64,000 nt of DNA from Planctomycetota bacterium (lineage in GTDB: Bacteria > Planctomycetota > Phycisphaerae > Phycisphaerales > UBA1924): positions 75,247-139,246 of the forward strand of contig JBCBKP010000001.1 in assembly GCA_038521625.1 (NCBI GenBank). The letters run 5' to 3'. The translations under genes were made by a program, and so were the position numbers. This document shows, in pieces, positions 1 to 9,626 of the stretch (position 1 is its first letter; every line of letters starts with the position of its first letter). The notes under the pieces are model-generated. The model was not told the DNA's origin, did not search any database, and saw nothing but the letters and a program-made list of their open reading frames with translations.

Positions 1-145
1 CACGGCCGCCGACCCTGGCGGCCGTCTCTGCTGGAATGACAAGGACTTCCAGCGGCGAACGCTATCGGTCGGTCGGTGGATTGCTTGTGGAAATCGCGTG
101 TTTGGTCGGGTCTTCGATCGCCGAAAGCGGGGGCCCGAGCCCGGC

Positions 146-1912
146 TCAATCCGAGGGGCACCCCTCAAAGAACAGCGACACGAATGCGGCGACGTCGAGC
201 TGCGTGACGGAATCGAAGGGCTCGGCCAGGCGCGCGGCGCTCGGGTCGTCCGCGAAGAACAGGCTCACGAACTCCGTCGAGTCTGCCTGGCTGATCAGGC
301 CGAGCGGTTCGGCGAGGTCGGCGGGCGAGCAGCCCAGAGGAGCGACGACCGGCGGGAGCTGCACGAGGTACACGCCGGAGGAAGAGCCCGGCTGCGGCGG
401 CGGGAAGAAATCGAGAACCACCGCCGTGAGCCCCGAGGCGTTGATCCCCTCGGGGACCCGGACGCGCGTGATCGCGACGGTGCGTGTGGCGAACGCGCCG
501 CCGGGATCGGCGAGGATCTGCTGGTTCGGGACGGCGATCGTCTCGACGCCGGCGCCCGGGTTCTGGAAGAAGATTCCCTCGCCGTTCGGGGCGTTCGGGG
601 AGACCTTGAGGTCGGCGGGGAGCAGGACACGGCCCTCTTCGTCCAGCGCGATCTCGAACCGCGCGAGCCCGCGATTGACCGGGTCGTTCGGCGCCGCGTC
701 GGTCTCGCGCGCGACGAGCCCGAGGAGACCGTTGCGCTCGGCATACGCGACCTCGTCGTCGAAGAACTCGAACGTGCCCGAGCCGAACAGGCGGCCCGCG
801 AATGCGACGTTCCCACCGCCGTTGAACGAGAGGCTCCGGAAATCACGGAACCGCGCGCCGGAGCCGAACTCGGGCGAGGGCTCGTCGGTGCGGGCGATCG
901 GCCGGAGATCGCCGTCGGCCTGCTCCGCCAGCACCACGTCGATCAAGTAGTTCCCCGGCACGGTCCGAGGGGCGTCGGTGGCGAAGATGACGGCGGCCCG
1001 GCCTTGGCTGTTGATGCGCGTCTCGATCGGTCTCGTGACCGAGACCGAGGGATCGAAGCCCGGGATCGGCTCGTCGAACCCGTAGATCAACCGGGTCGCG
1101 CCGTCGCGGGCGCCGAAGAGGCCGAGCACCGGATCGTCCGCCGGGATCTCGCCGCCGCTGAAGAGCGCGTAGAAGAGGACGTCGCCGCCGGCGTTGGCGA
1201 CGCGCGACCCACCGTCCGAGGCAAAGACGACCCCATCGGGCATGCCGGGGACCGGCGAGCCCATCAGAGCCTGCCTCTCGACCTGACCGCCCGGCGCGCG
1301 ACGGAACACGAGGAAAGGCCGATCGTCCAGCATGTCCGGGTTCTCGGCGACGGCGGAGAAGTAGACCTCGCCGGGGGCACCGAGCGAGGGCGCCGGGAGG
1401 TTCTGGTCGAAGCGGAAGCCCTCGGGGAGGCCCGGGACGGGCTGACCCGAGTTGAGCAGAACGGTCGTCCGGCCGTCGGGCTCGATGTAGAGCAGCGCCT
1501 CGTCGTTGGTCCCGCGACTGATCGTCGGCCCCGCGAGCCTGGCGACGGTCACGAAGCTCCCGTTCGCTCCGAACGCAGCTTTGCCAACGAGTTCGGCGAC
1601 GAACGCGTCCGCGGGCAGCCCGGCCGGAACGTCGCGCCGGCGGAGCAGCATGCGCGGCTCACCGCCCGCGGGGAAGAGCACCAGCGCCTCGGCGTTCTCG
1701 GGAGTCACCACGGGGTTCTCGGAATTCACGAAGCGCAGCTGCGCGAGCACGTCGGAGGCGTCGTTGACCCACGAAGATTGCACGTCCCCGACGGTGAACG
1801 TCTCCTGCCTCAGTTCCAGCATGTCGCCCGTCAGCACGACCTTGCTGAAGTCGGGTTGAGCGTGCGCGGCGCTCGCGGCGAGCGCAAGAACGGAAAGGAC
1901 TGGCTTGAGCAT
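146..1912 (-). CDS. secreted ~588-aa repeat protein with C-terminal GC-type dockerin-like anchor domain (paralog A)
   Basis: ATG at 1912 opens MLKPVLSVLALAASAAHAQ, a signal peptide. The C-terminal ~60 aa read CSPADLAEPLGLISQADSTEFVSLFFADDPSAARLAEPFDSVTQLDVAAFVSLFFEGCPSD: two AEPxGxxSQxDxxxFV repeats flanked by Cys. I recall this as the GC-type dockerin domain of Planctomycetota. GC3 is high. The plus-strand ORF 98..1993 is the antisense shadow. Confidence 0.75.
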   Translation of the reverse strand: MLKPVLSVLALAASAAHAQPDFSKVVLTGDMLELRQETFTVGDVQSSWVNDASDVLAQLRFVNSENPVVTPENAEALVLFPAGGEPRMLLRRRDVPAGLPADAFVAELVGKAAFGANGSFVTVARLAGPTISRGTNDEALLYIEPDGRTTVLLNSGQPVPGLPEGFRFDQNLPAPSLGAPGEVYFSAVAENPDMLDDRPFLVFRRAPGGQVERQALMGSPVPGMPDGVVFASDGGSRVANAGGDVLFYALFSGGEIPADDPVLGLFGARDGATRLIYGFDEPIPGFDPSVSVTRPIETRINSQGRAAVIFATDAPRTVPGNYLIDVVLAEQADGDLRPIARTDEPSPEFGSGARFRDFRSLSFNGGGNVAFAGRLFGSGTFEFFDDEVAYAERNGLLGLVARETDAAPNDPVNRGLARFEIALDEEGRVLLPADLKVSPNAPNGEGIFFQNPGAGVETIAVPNQQILADPGGAFATRTVAITRVRVPEGINASGLTAVVLDFFPPPQPGSSSGVYLVQLPPVVAPLGCSPADLAEPLGLISQADSTEFVSLFFADDPSAARLAEPFDSVTQLDVAAFVSLFFEGCPSD

Positions 1913-2027
1913 TCGGGTCCCTACTCGTCTCGAAGCGGACGACCGATGTTAACACGGGTTCGGTCCCGCGAGCGCGAAGATCTTGCGAACTAGGGGGGTG
2001 CCTAGGTCAGGGCCCGCGAGGGCGGGT

Positions 2028-3836
2028 CTAGTCCGAGGGACATCCCGCGAAGAAGAGTTCCAGGTATTCCGCGACGTCCAGCTGGCTCACGACCTCGAAC
2101 GGCTCGGCCAGACGCGCGGCCCGCGGGTCGTCCGCGAAGAACCGCGCCACGAACTCCGCGACGTCGAGCTGGCTGAGCACGCCGAACGGGAAGACCAGGT
2201 CCGCCGGGCTGCACTCCGGCTCGATCTGCGCAACGACGAGGGAGCTGGTGTTCGCGTCCTCGAGGAGCGCGAACGAGACCTCGCCGTTGTTGTTGAAGGT
2301 CGTCAGCTCGCGTGTCGCGGAGAAGTCGGTCGCGAGGAACGCGATCTGCGCGACGTCGCGCAGGTCGGCTGTCCCCGGCCGCGGGTCGAGATCGACCGGC
2401 GTGCCGATGACCGCGATCGGCTTGATCGTGCCGTCGGCGGTCGCGGCGAACAGCCCGCCGCTGCTGAGAACCGGCGCGCCCCGGTCGGCGAACGACGCGG
2501 TGAAGACGACCTGGTTCTTGTCGTTGATCTTTGGTGCGCTGATGATGAAGAGAGTCAAGCCGGGCGAGCCGGGCACGGGGTCGCCGGTCTTGGCGAGCAG
2601 CTCGGGCTCTCCGTCCGGCCGCATGCGCCAGACGCCCGTGCCGAAGACGTCGCTCGGTCTCGATCTCGCCTCGAACGACCCGGTGAACGCGAGGTTGCCG
2701 CTCGTCGAGAGCGCCGGGGCGCCGATGGATTGCCAGACGATCGGCTCGCCCTGGAGGATGCCGATGCCCGGGACGTCGCCCTGGTTGCCGGTGACGAAGC
2801 CGACCTCGGGGAGGTTCGGGAACTCCGGTGCGCTCGCGACGAAGATGGCGTCGTCGCTTCGGAACGCGGCGATGCCGTTGTCGGCGAGCCGGATGTTGCC
2901 CGGGCGGTCGTGCCGAAGGGGGGGTATGAACGTGGGGCCGGGCGCGAGCTCGCCGTCGAGCGCGAGCAGCGTGCCCGTGAACTCGAACGCCGGCAGCGAG
3001 GCCACGGTCTCGCCGCGATCCGGCCCGCCGAACCCGGCGCTCGACCTTCCATTGACCAGCAGATTCCCGCCGGCGTCGATCTCGACGCTGTCGGTCTCGC
3101 TGAGGCGGAGGTCCTCGCCTTCGAAGTCGATCTCGAAGAACGGGCCCGACCGCAGCGACAGCCCGGTGCCGATCGTGCCCGTGAAGAACCCGCCCTGCCC
3201 CGAGCCCGGGCCCGTCTGAAGATCACCGGCCACGACGACGCGCCCGCCCGGGCCGAGCGCGAGGTCGTCGAAGTCGACGATGTTCTCCGTGCCCGGCGGT
3301 CCGGCCGGGTTGCCGTCCTGGATGACGAACGGATGCACACGCTCGGACGCGGGCGCCAGAAAGACGGCGCGGTCGTTGTCCGGTCCGACAAGAGCGGTGA
3401 CGCCGAGCGAGCCGTCCAGAGTCGCGAACGGCGCGGCGAGACGGTTGATCGTCACGGTCGGCAGCGCCGGGTGCGCCTGGCCCGCGGCGAGCTGCAGGCG
3501 TCTGGTGCCGTCCGGATCGGCCGTCCAGACCGAGAGGATGGTCCCCTGGAAACTCGGCTGGGTGATCGTCGCGAAGGTGACGCGCCCGTCGTCGTCGATG
3601 ACGTGCAGCGAGAGCTGGCCAGCGAACGGGAACGTGTCGCTCGCCGGGTCGAAGCCCGGCACGCCCGCCGGCACCGCGTCGGTCGACCGCACGACCTCGC
3701 GGTACAGGGCCTGGGCGTCGGCGAGCGCGGCCGCCGCGTGCGCGAGGCCACAGCCCGCCAGAACGATCAGCGGCTTCGGACTTATCACGGCGATTCCCCT
3801 CTTGCTCTCCGGTGCGGACCGAAGATAGCGGATCAC
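2028..3836 (-). CDS. secreted/lipoprotein-like ~600-aa repeat protein with C-terminal GC-type dockerin-like domain (paralog B)
   Basis: GTG start at 3836. The N-terminus ...KPLIVLAGCGL contains a lipobox-like LAGC. The C-terminus CSPADLVFPFGVLSQLDVAEFVARFFADDPRAARLAEPFEVVSQLDVAEYLELFFAGCPSD is the same paired-repeat domain as the neighbouring genes. Confidence 0.7.
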   Translation of the reverse strand: MIRYLRSAPESKRGIAVISPKPLIVLAGCGLAHAAAALADAQALYREVVRSTDAVPAGVPGFDPASDTFPFAGQLSLHVIDDDGRVTFATITQPSFQGTILSVWTADPDGTRRLQLAAGQAHPALPTVTINRLAAPFATLDGSLGVTALVGPDNDRAVFLAPASERVHPFVIQDGNPAGPPGTENIVDFDDLALGPGGRVVVAGDLQTGPGSGQGGFFTGTIGTGLSLRSGPFFEIDFEGEDLRLSETDSVEIDAGGNLLVNGRSSAGFGGPDRGETVASLPAFEFTGTLLALDGELAPGPTFIPPLRHDRPGNIRLADNGIAAFRSDDAIFVASAPEFPNLPEVGFVTGNQGDVPGIGILQGEPIVWQSIGAPALSTSGNLAFTGSFEARSRPSDVFGTGVWRMRPDGEPELLAKTGDPVPGSPGLTLFIISAPKINDKNQVVFTASFADRGAPVLSSGGLFAATADGTIKPIAVIGTPVDLDPRPGTADLRDVAQIAFLATDFSATRELTTFNNNGEVSFALLEDANTSSLVVAQIEPECSPADLVFPFGVLSQLDVAEFVARFFADDPRAARLAEPFEVVSQLDVAEYLELFFAGCPSD

Positions 3837-3898
3837 CGCGTGCGGATCGAGACGAATCGTCGAAGCGAGGGAGGCCCCTCGCGAATCCCCGCCGAGCC

Positions 3899-5701
3899 CT
3901 ACTCCGCCGGGCAGCCCTCGAAGAACAGCCGCACGAACTCGTCGACGTCGGTGTTGGAGACGACGTCGAAGGGCGACGCCAGAGCGGCGACGAGCGGGTC
4001 ATCCGCGAAGAACCGGTTCACGAACGCGCTGACGTCCGCGTTCGAGATCACGCCGAACGGAGCGGAGAGGTCGACTGGTGAGCAGGGGGTCTCGATTGTC
4101 GCGACGATGATCGCTTCAGTACCATCCGTGAAGCTGACATTAAGCGCAAGCTGGCCGAGGTCGTTGAAGCTCCTCGCGCGACCGCCGTCGTCGATCGCAA
4201 ACCCACCGAGCGATGAGATCGTTCGGTTGATCGTGATGTTCGGCTGCGGATTGATGTCGATCACATCTCCTTCGCGGAGGGCCAGCACGAGTTCGCCGTT
4301 GTCGTTCGTCGCCCAGAATCCACGGTCGTTCGCGTCTGTTACACCCGGACCTTCAACTGTCCCGCGGAACGCGAGCTGGCCGGTCCCATTGATCGCCGGC
4401 GGGGAGAGCGTCTGAAATCCGGTCGCGAAGGTCACACCGTCAGCCGTTCCCGGCGCGGGTCGCCCACCAACCGCAATCGGGAGGAGTGTGCCATGCGTGT
4501 CCAGCCAGACGGAGTCAATGAACGTGTCGGGGTCTGACAGCGTCTGCATGTCGGCGGAGAACGCGGCGCGGCCCTCAAGGTCGATGCGCGGTGGCGCGTC
4601 GAAGAACGCGAATCGCATGCCGCTCTCGAGCCCGGGCGCTTGAGTCCCGGAGCGTGCTATCTCCCTGCCGACGACGCCGATCGACCGTTCGTCGTCGAGA
4701 CTGATACCGGGGCCAACGAGCTCCGCTGTGAATCCGAAGCCGCCAAGCAGAGGGTCGATCGACGAACTGAGCGAGAAACCACCGCCCTGGAAGAACCCGA
4801 TGTCGGTGAAGATGGTCCCGTTCGTGATGTCGTAGGCCATATTCCCGGAGAACGCGCCGCCGATCGGCACGATGTTCTCCGGCAGCCCAACGCCCCGCGA
4901 CGCGAAGAGGCCCGTATCCAAGAACGGGTTGATGTTCGGGCCGCCGAGATCTCCACGGAACAGGACCGATCCATTGCTCTCCCGGATGCGAACACCGGAG
5001 AGGGCGTCGAACTCGCTCCCGGGGTCCACATTGGCGACGACCGTGCCTGTGCGCGCGATGAGTTCGGGCGATGCTCCCTCGACGAACCGCCAGATGCTGC
5101 TATCGAAACTGCCCGGGCCGGAGGCATTATCGATGCCGAGGACCATCGCCGTGGTGCCGCTCGAATTCATCGCGATGGCCGGTCCTCGTCCCGAGGCGAC
5201 GTTGAAGGTGATACCAGCCGCCAGCCCCGGCGCCTGCTGCCCGTCTCGCGCGAGCAGCCGCTGGTCCCCGGCAGGGCCGAAGAAGACCGCGTCCCGCGTG
5301 CCGGCCGGAGCGTCCGCGCCTCGGAGATCGGCGAACAAGGCAACATCACCTCTGACGTTCGAGTGAGGCGCCCGCGTCACCGCGAAGCCGTGGAACTGGA
5401 CGTCGCCCGGGATGTCGGGTGGGGTATCGCCGGACTGCGCGACCTTCGTGAGCGCGATGCCGCCGGCCTCGGTCCAGACGCTCTCGCCCAGGCCGAGGTC
5501 GTTCCCGGTATCGCGCAGAAAGGCGAAGAACGTGACATCCCCAGCGTTGTTGATCGTTGGTGTGACGAAGCGATCGAATCGAGCACCCTGAGAAGCGCCG
5601 GGCGCGCGATCGCCGCTCACGGCGACAACCCTCAGCGAGACCTGGCCACCGGCCGCGGCGCACGCGACCGCGAGAACGTTGATCGCTACTGATCGAGTCA
5701 T
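3899..5701 (-). CDS. secreted ~600-aa repeat protein with C-terminal GC-type dockerin-like domain (paralog C)
   Basis: The listed ORF 3899..6310 is over-extended. ATG at 5701 is preceded by GGAGGAGCAACGC and opens MTRSVAINVLAVACAAAGGQ, a signal peptide. C-terminus: CSPVDLSAPFGVISNADVSAFVNRFFADDPLVAALASPFDVVSNTDVDEFVRLFFEGCPAE. The middle carries NGxxVF-type repeats, as in paralogs A and B. Confidence 0.7.
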   Translation of the reverse strand: MTRSVAINVLAVACAAAGGQVSLRVVAVSGDRAPGASQGARFDRFVTPTINNAGDVTFFAFLRDTGNDLGLGESVWTEAGGIALTKVAQSGDTPPDIPGDVQFHGFAVTRAPHSNVRGDVALFADLRGADAPAGTRDAVFFGPAGDQRLLARDGQQAPGLAAGITFNVASGRGPAIAMNSSGTTAMVLGIDNASGPGSFDSSIWRFVEGASPELIARTGTVVANVDPGSEFDALSGVRIRESNGSVLFRGDLGGPNINPFLDTGLFASRGVGLPENIVPIGGAFSGNMAYDITNGTIFTDIGFFQGGGFSLSSSIDPLLGGFGFTAELVGPGISLDDERSIGVVGREIARSGTQAPGLESGMRFAFFDAPPRIDLEGRAAFSADMQTLSDPDTFIDSVWLDTHGTLLPIAVGGRPAPGTADGVTFATGFQTLSPPAINGTGQLAFRGTVEGPGVTDANDRGFWATNDNGELVLALREGDVIDINPQPNITINRTISSLGGFAIDDGGRARSFNDLGQLALNVSFTDGTEAIIVATIETPCSPVDLSAPFGVISNADVSAFVNRFFADDPLVAALASPFDVVSNTDVDEFVRLFFEGCPAE

Positions 5702-5769
5702 GCGTTGCTCCTCCGGGGGAGGAGCGTACTGGCTCGTCGGCGCCGCCGTGACCCGTGTTAACCCCAGAA

Positions 5770-7614
5770 CTACTCCACCGTCACGCTCTTCGCCAGGTTC
5801 CGCGGCTTGTCGACGTCGTGCCCGCGCAGCACCGCCGCGTGGTACGCCATCAGCTGCAGCGGCACCACCGCCAGCATCGGGCTCAACGGCTCCGGCACGT
5901 CCGGGATGTAGAACACGTCCTCGGCGAGCGCGCCGATCTGCGTATCGCCCTCGGTCGCGACCGCGATCACGTGACCGCCGCGGCTGCGGACCTCCTCGAT
6001 GTTGCTCATCACCTTGTCGTACTGGCTGCCGCGCGTCGCGATGAACACCGCCGGCATCCCGTCGTCGATCAGCGCGATCGGCCCGTGCTTCATCTCCGCC
6101 GCCGGCATCCCCTCCGCGTGGATGTACGAGATCTCCTTGAGCTTCAGCGCCCCCTCCAGCGCCGTCGGGTAGTTGTACCCACGCCCCAGGAAAAGCCAGT
6201 TGTCGCGGTCGATGTGCTTGGTCACCACCGTCCGCACGTGCGCGTCGATCGAGAGCAAGCGGTCGATGTGGTCCGGGATCGCCTCCAGGTGACCCATGAG
6301 CTCGGCGCACCGCGCCGAGCTCATGTACCGACGCCGCGCCAGCCAGAGCGCCATCATCGTCAGCACCGTCAGCTGGCCCGTGAACGCCTTCGTGCTCGCG
6401 ACCCCGATCTCCGGCCCGACACGCAGGTACACGCCCGCGTCCGTCTCGCGGCTGATCGTCGAGCCGACCACGTTGATCACGCCCAGCGACAGCGCCCCGC
6501 GGTCCCGGACCTCGTGCAGCGCCGCCAGCGTGTCCGCCGTCTCGCCCGACTGGCTCACGACGATCAGCACCGTCCCCTCGTCCACGATCGGGTTGCGGTA
6601 CCGCAGCTCGCTCGCGTACTCCACCTCGGTCGGGATCGTCGCCAGGTCCTCGAACAGGTACTCGCCCACCATCCCCGCGTGCAGCGCCGTGCCCTGCGCC
6701 GCGATGATGATCCGCTTCGAACGCACCAGCTCCTTGTCGAAGCTGCGCAGCCCGCCGAGCACCACACGCCCCTCGTTGTGGTCCAGCCGGCCACGCAGCG
6801 TGTTGCGCAGCACCCGCGGCTGCTCGAAGATCTCCTTCTGCATGTAGTGCGAGTAGGCGCCCAGCTCGATCTCGCTCAGCTCCAGCTCGAGCTGCATGAT
6901 CTTCGGCGTGATCTCCACGTTGTCGACCGTCGACGTCCGGATCCCGTCCGTCGTGATCCGCGCCACCGTGTAGTCGTCCAGCGTCATCGCACGCGCCGTG
7001 TGCTGGATCACCGCCGAGCCGTCAGAGGCGACCACGTACTCGCCGTCACCCACGCCGATGATCAGCGGGCTGCCCTTGCGCGCGCACACCATCGTCCCCG
7101 GCTCCCGCGTGCTCACCACCGCGATCGCGTACGCGCCCGTCACCTCGCGCAGCGCCGCCTGCACCGCCGTCTCCAGGTCCGTCCCGTTGTCCGGGTCGTA
7201 CAGCTCGGCGATCAGGTTCGCCAAGACCTCCGAGTCGGTCTCGGTGTGGAACGCACGCCCCTTCTCCTTGAGGTAGGTCTTCAGCGCCGCGTAGTTCTCG
7301 ATGATCCCGTTGTGGACCAGCGCGATCGTCTTGCTGTCGTCCGTGTGCGGGTGCGCGTTCGACTCGGTCACCGCGCCGTGCGTCGCCCAACGCGTGTGCG
7401 CCAGCCCGACCGAGCCCGCCAGGTCGCCGTCCCCGTCGATCGCCTCCTCCAGCGCCGAGACCCGCCCGACCGCCTTCCGGATGCTCAGCCGGTCCGCCTC
7501 GTCGACCACCGCGATCCCCGCCGAGTCGTACCCGCGATACTCGAGGCGCTTCAGACCCTCGATCAGGAGTTGCTTGCAGGGGCGTGAGCCCAGATAGGCG
7601 ACGATGCCGCACAT
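5770..7614 (-). CDS. glmS: glutamine--fructose-6-phosphate aminotransferase (isomerizing)
   Basis: Translation from ATG at 7614 begins MCGIVAYLGSRPCKQLLIEGLKRLEYRGYDSAGIAVV, the classic GlmS N-terminal Cys. The 614-aa product has a SIS-domain C-terminus ending ...VTVE. The upstream 39 codons of the listed ORF are spurious. Confidence 0.93.
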   Translation of the reverse strand: MCGIVAYLGSRPCKQLLIEGLKRLEYRGYDSAGIAVVDEADRLSIRKAVGRVSALEEAIDGDGDLAGSVGLAHTRWATHGAVTESNAHPHTDDSKTIALVHNGIIENYAALKTYLKEKGRAFHTETDSEVLANLIAELYDPDNGTDLETAVQAALREVTGAYAIAVVSTREPGTMVCARKGSPLIIGVGDGEYVVASDGSAVIQHTARAMTLDDYTVARITTDGIRTSTVDNVEITPKIMQLELELSEIELGAYSHYMQKEIFEQPRVLRNTLRGRLDHNEGRVVLGGLRSFDKELVRSKRIIIAAQGTALHAGMVGEYLFEDLATIPTEVEYASELRYRNPIVDEGTVLIVVSQSGETADTLAALHEVRDRGALSLGVINVVGSTISRETDAGVYLRVGPEIGVASTKAFTGQLTVLTMMALWLARRRYMSSARCAELMGHLEAIPDHIDRLLSIDAHVRTVVTKHIDRDNWLFLGRGYNYPTALEGALKLKEISYIHAEGMPAAEMKHGPIALIDDGMPAVFIATRGSQYDKVMSNIEEVRSRGGHVIAVATEGDTQIGALAEDVFYIPDVPEPLSPMLAVVPLQLMAYHAAVLRGHDVDKPRNLAKSVTVE

Positions 7615-7864
7615 AGACCAGATCCTCCGGGGGCCGACGCGCATGCTACGGCCCGGCCCGCCCGCGGCCCATGTCGGGTGTACGCCGCCGGCCCGTCCAG
7701 AGTTGGCCCGCCATTCGGACCCGGACGCCACCCCCGATTCTCGATCCCACGCAATCAGAGGGCAGAACCGGCGTTGTGCAGATCAGAGATCCGAAGGACA
7801 CTCGTGGGGCCGGGAGCCGTGGGGGCCCGCCGGCCGGCGACGGACAGGATCGGAGACACAACAG

Positions 7865-8920
7865 ATGAACACATGGACCACGCTCGCCATCGCGGGCCTC
7901 GCCGGCCTCGCCTCGGCGCAGACAACCGACACCACAACCCCGGACGCCGGCCTGCTCTCCGGACCCGAGGTCCGAGAGAACCAGACCGGCGAGAGCCTCG
8001 CCAGCTTCGGCATGACGCCGATGATGCGCGGCCCCGACATGACCCCGGTCGCCGAGCGGGCCCTCGAACGCCTCGAGCTCGACGAGCCCACACGCGCCGA
8101 GATCGACGAGATCCTCGGCGAGCGGGCCGCCGCGATCGACGCCGTCGTCCGCGACAACCTCGACCTCTTCACCCGCCGCTTCGACCAGCGCGGGCTCTCC
8201 AAAGAAGAACGCGAGGCGATCCAGCAGCAGGCCGCCGAGGCGCTCGCCCCCATCACCGAGAACGGCCCGCTGGTCCGCCAGATCGCCCAAGCCCTGCCCG
8301 AAGACCAGCGCGAGCCCTACATCCGCGCGATCGCCGAGCACCGTGACCTGATCCGCCAGCGCCGCGAGATGCGTCGGATGCAGCAGCCCGCCGAGGGCGA
8401 CGCCCAACGCCCGCAGCGCAACCGCGCCGGAGCCCGCGCCGGCGACAGGCCCGAGCCGATGCTCTTCCGCGACGACCCCGCCGCCGCGCCGAAGCGACCG
8501 GAGCGTGCGTCGAACCGCCAAGCCCAGAACCGCCAAGCCCAGAACCGCCAAGCCCAGAACCGCCAGGCCATGCGCCTCATGGGCCAGGTCGCCCGCTCGG
8601 ACACCCAGACCGAACTCCGCCGCTCGCTCGACCGCGTGCTCGGCACCAAGGTCCGCGGCTACGAGCTGCTCGTCAGCGAGCTCGATCTGACGCAGGAGCA
8701 GCAGGCCAAGCTCCGCGAGCTCGGCGAGAAGGGCCTGCTCCGCCCGCCGCCCAGGATGGCCGGACGCAACGGCGACGCCGCACGCCGGGGCGCACGAGAG
8801 GTCCGCCAGCGCGACCGCTTCAACCCCGAGGTCCGCGAGTTCTTCATGAGCCTGAGCCGCGAGCAGCGCCAGCAGATGATCAAGCTGCTCCGAGACGGCG
8901 CGCTGGTCAGCCCCGAGTGA
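7865..8920 (+). CDS. secreted hypothetical protein with LTXXQ-like motifs (Spy/CpxP-like periplasmic protein?)
   Basis: ATG at 7865 opens MNTWTTLAIAGLAGLASAQ, a signal peptide; the listed start at 7604 is upstream junk. The protein is charged and helical, with ELDLTQEQQAKL and LDEPTRAEIDEIL motifs and a 4x NRQAQ repeat. It is divergent from glmS. Confidence 0.55.
   Translation: MNTWTTLAIAGLAGLASAQTTDTTTPDAGLLSGPEVRENQTGESLASFGMTPMMRGPDMTPVAERALERLELDEPTRAEIDEILGERAAAIDAVVRDNLDLFTRRFDQRGLSKEEREAIQQQAAEALAPITENGPLVRQIAQALPEDQREPYIRAIAEHRDLIRQRREMRRMQQPAEGDAQRPQRNRAGARAGDRPEPMLFRDDPAAAPKRPERASNRQAQNRQAQNRQAQNRQAMRLMGQVARSDTQTELRRSLDRVLGTKVRGYELLVSELDLTQEQQAKLRELGEKGLLRPPPRMAGRNGDAARRGAREVRQRDRFNPEVREFFMSLSREQRQQMIKLLRDGALVSPE
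8513..8572 (+). repeat. 15-bp in-frame tandem repeat x~4 (AACCGCCAAGCCCAG) encoding (NRQAQ)4
   Basis: Direct reading: three perfect copies plus one degenerate copy inside the 7865..8920 CDS. Confidence 0.8.
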
Positions 8921-8993
8921 TCCCGGATCTGCCGGAGTGAGAAGCAGGTTGGGCTGATCCCTAGCTCGGGCGCTCGGGCCCGTGCGCACGAGG

Positions 8994-9016
8994 CCGGCCG
9001 CCGACGCGGCCGGTTT
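8994..9016 (+). terminator. GC-rich hairpin between convergent genes (possible intrinsic terminator)
   Basis: CCGGCCG-ccgacg-CGGCCGG, a 7-bp stem, followed by TTT. It lies between the stop of the 7865..8920 (+) gene and the stop of the 9021..9626 (-) gene. Confidence 0.4.
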
Positions 9017-9020
9017 CGAT

Positions 9021-9626
9021 TCAGGCCGTCCCGTCGCCCGCGTTCTGCTGGTCCTCGGCGTCGGCCAGGCTCGTGAACGCCGCGAACCCGAACGGCGTCG
9101 CCGCCGGCTGGTGCGCCCGCTGCATCTGCTGCTGCATCGCCTGCTGCTGCTGGGCCGCCAGGTTCAACCGCTCGATCAGCTGGTCGCTCAGCGCGTGGAA
9201 GCTCGCGATCTCGTGCAGCGGCAGCGTGTAGACCTCGCCGCCCGGCGTGCGGATCTGGAAGACCGTGCAGGTCACGTCGTTGGCGAGCATCTTGTGCCGC
9301 TCGATCGTCTTCTGGTCGTCCGCCGTCGGCTGCTCGTTGCCGATCCCGCACGAGAACACCGGCACGATGTCCGCGATCGGGATCCGCTGCCCCAGCCGCG
9401 TGATGATCGCCAGCCGTCCGTCGAACAGCTCCGATTCCGGGGAGCCGCCCTGGGCCGCCCCCGACGCCGTCGCCGAGAGCCGGCCCCCGCTCGCCGCCGC
9501 CGTCGCCGCCAACGCCGAGAGGATCTCGCGCATCACGTTCTGCCAGAAGGTCTCACGCGTCGCGCCGGGCCCGCCCGCGGGCTTGAACGGCGGCGGCGTG
9601 ATCGCCGGTGGATGGTGCTCGGTCAT
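9021..9626 (-). CDS. hypothetical protein (Gln-rich C-terminus)
   Basis: The minus frame gives a compositionally normal protein: MTEHHPPAITPPPFKPAGG...FSCGIGNEQPTADDQKTIERHKMLANDVTCTVFQIRTPGGEVYTLPLHEIASFHALSDQLIERLNLAAQQQQAMQQQMQRA... The overlapping plus-strand ORF is Arg-rich junk. Start chosen at the ATG at 9626; the start is uncertain. Confidence 0.5.
   Translation of the reverse strand: MTEHHPPAITPPPFKPAGGPGATRETFWQNVMREILSALAATAAASGGRLSATASGAAQGGSPESELFDGRLAIITRLGQRIPIADIVPVFSCGIGNEQPTADDQKTIERHKMLANDVTCTVFQIRTPGGEVYTLPLHEIASFHALSDQLIERLNLAAQQQQAMQQQMQRAHQPAATPFGFAAFTSLADAEDQQNAGDGTA

Noticed and set aside
2-25. Hairpin ACGGCCGCC-gaccct-GGCGGCCGT at the window start, downstream of gene 146..1912
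   Set aside because: It is a possible terminator, but it is truncated by the window edge and has no visible U-tract. It was not annotated.
98-4415. Long plus-strand ORFs 98..1993 (631 aa) and 1983..4415 (810 aa)
   Set aside because: They run antisense to the three secreted GC-type-dockerin genes. Their translations are dominated by R/A/G/E/D with no motifs. The minus-strand frames have signal peptides, conserved C-terminal domains and paralogy.
5755-7587. 610-aa plus-strand ORF
   Set aside because: It is the mirror of glmS. It reads as Arg/His/Leu-rich low-complexity sequence.
7646-8989. 447-aa minus-strand ORF
   Set aside because: It is antisense to the secreted LTXXQ protein. It has no start context and is Gly/Ala/Leu-rich.
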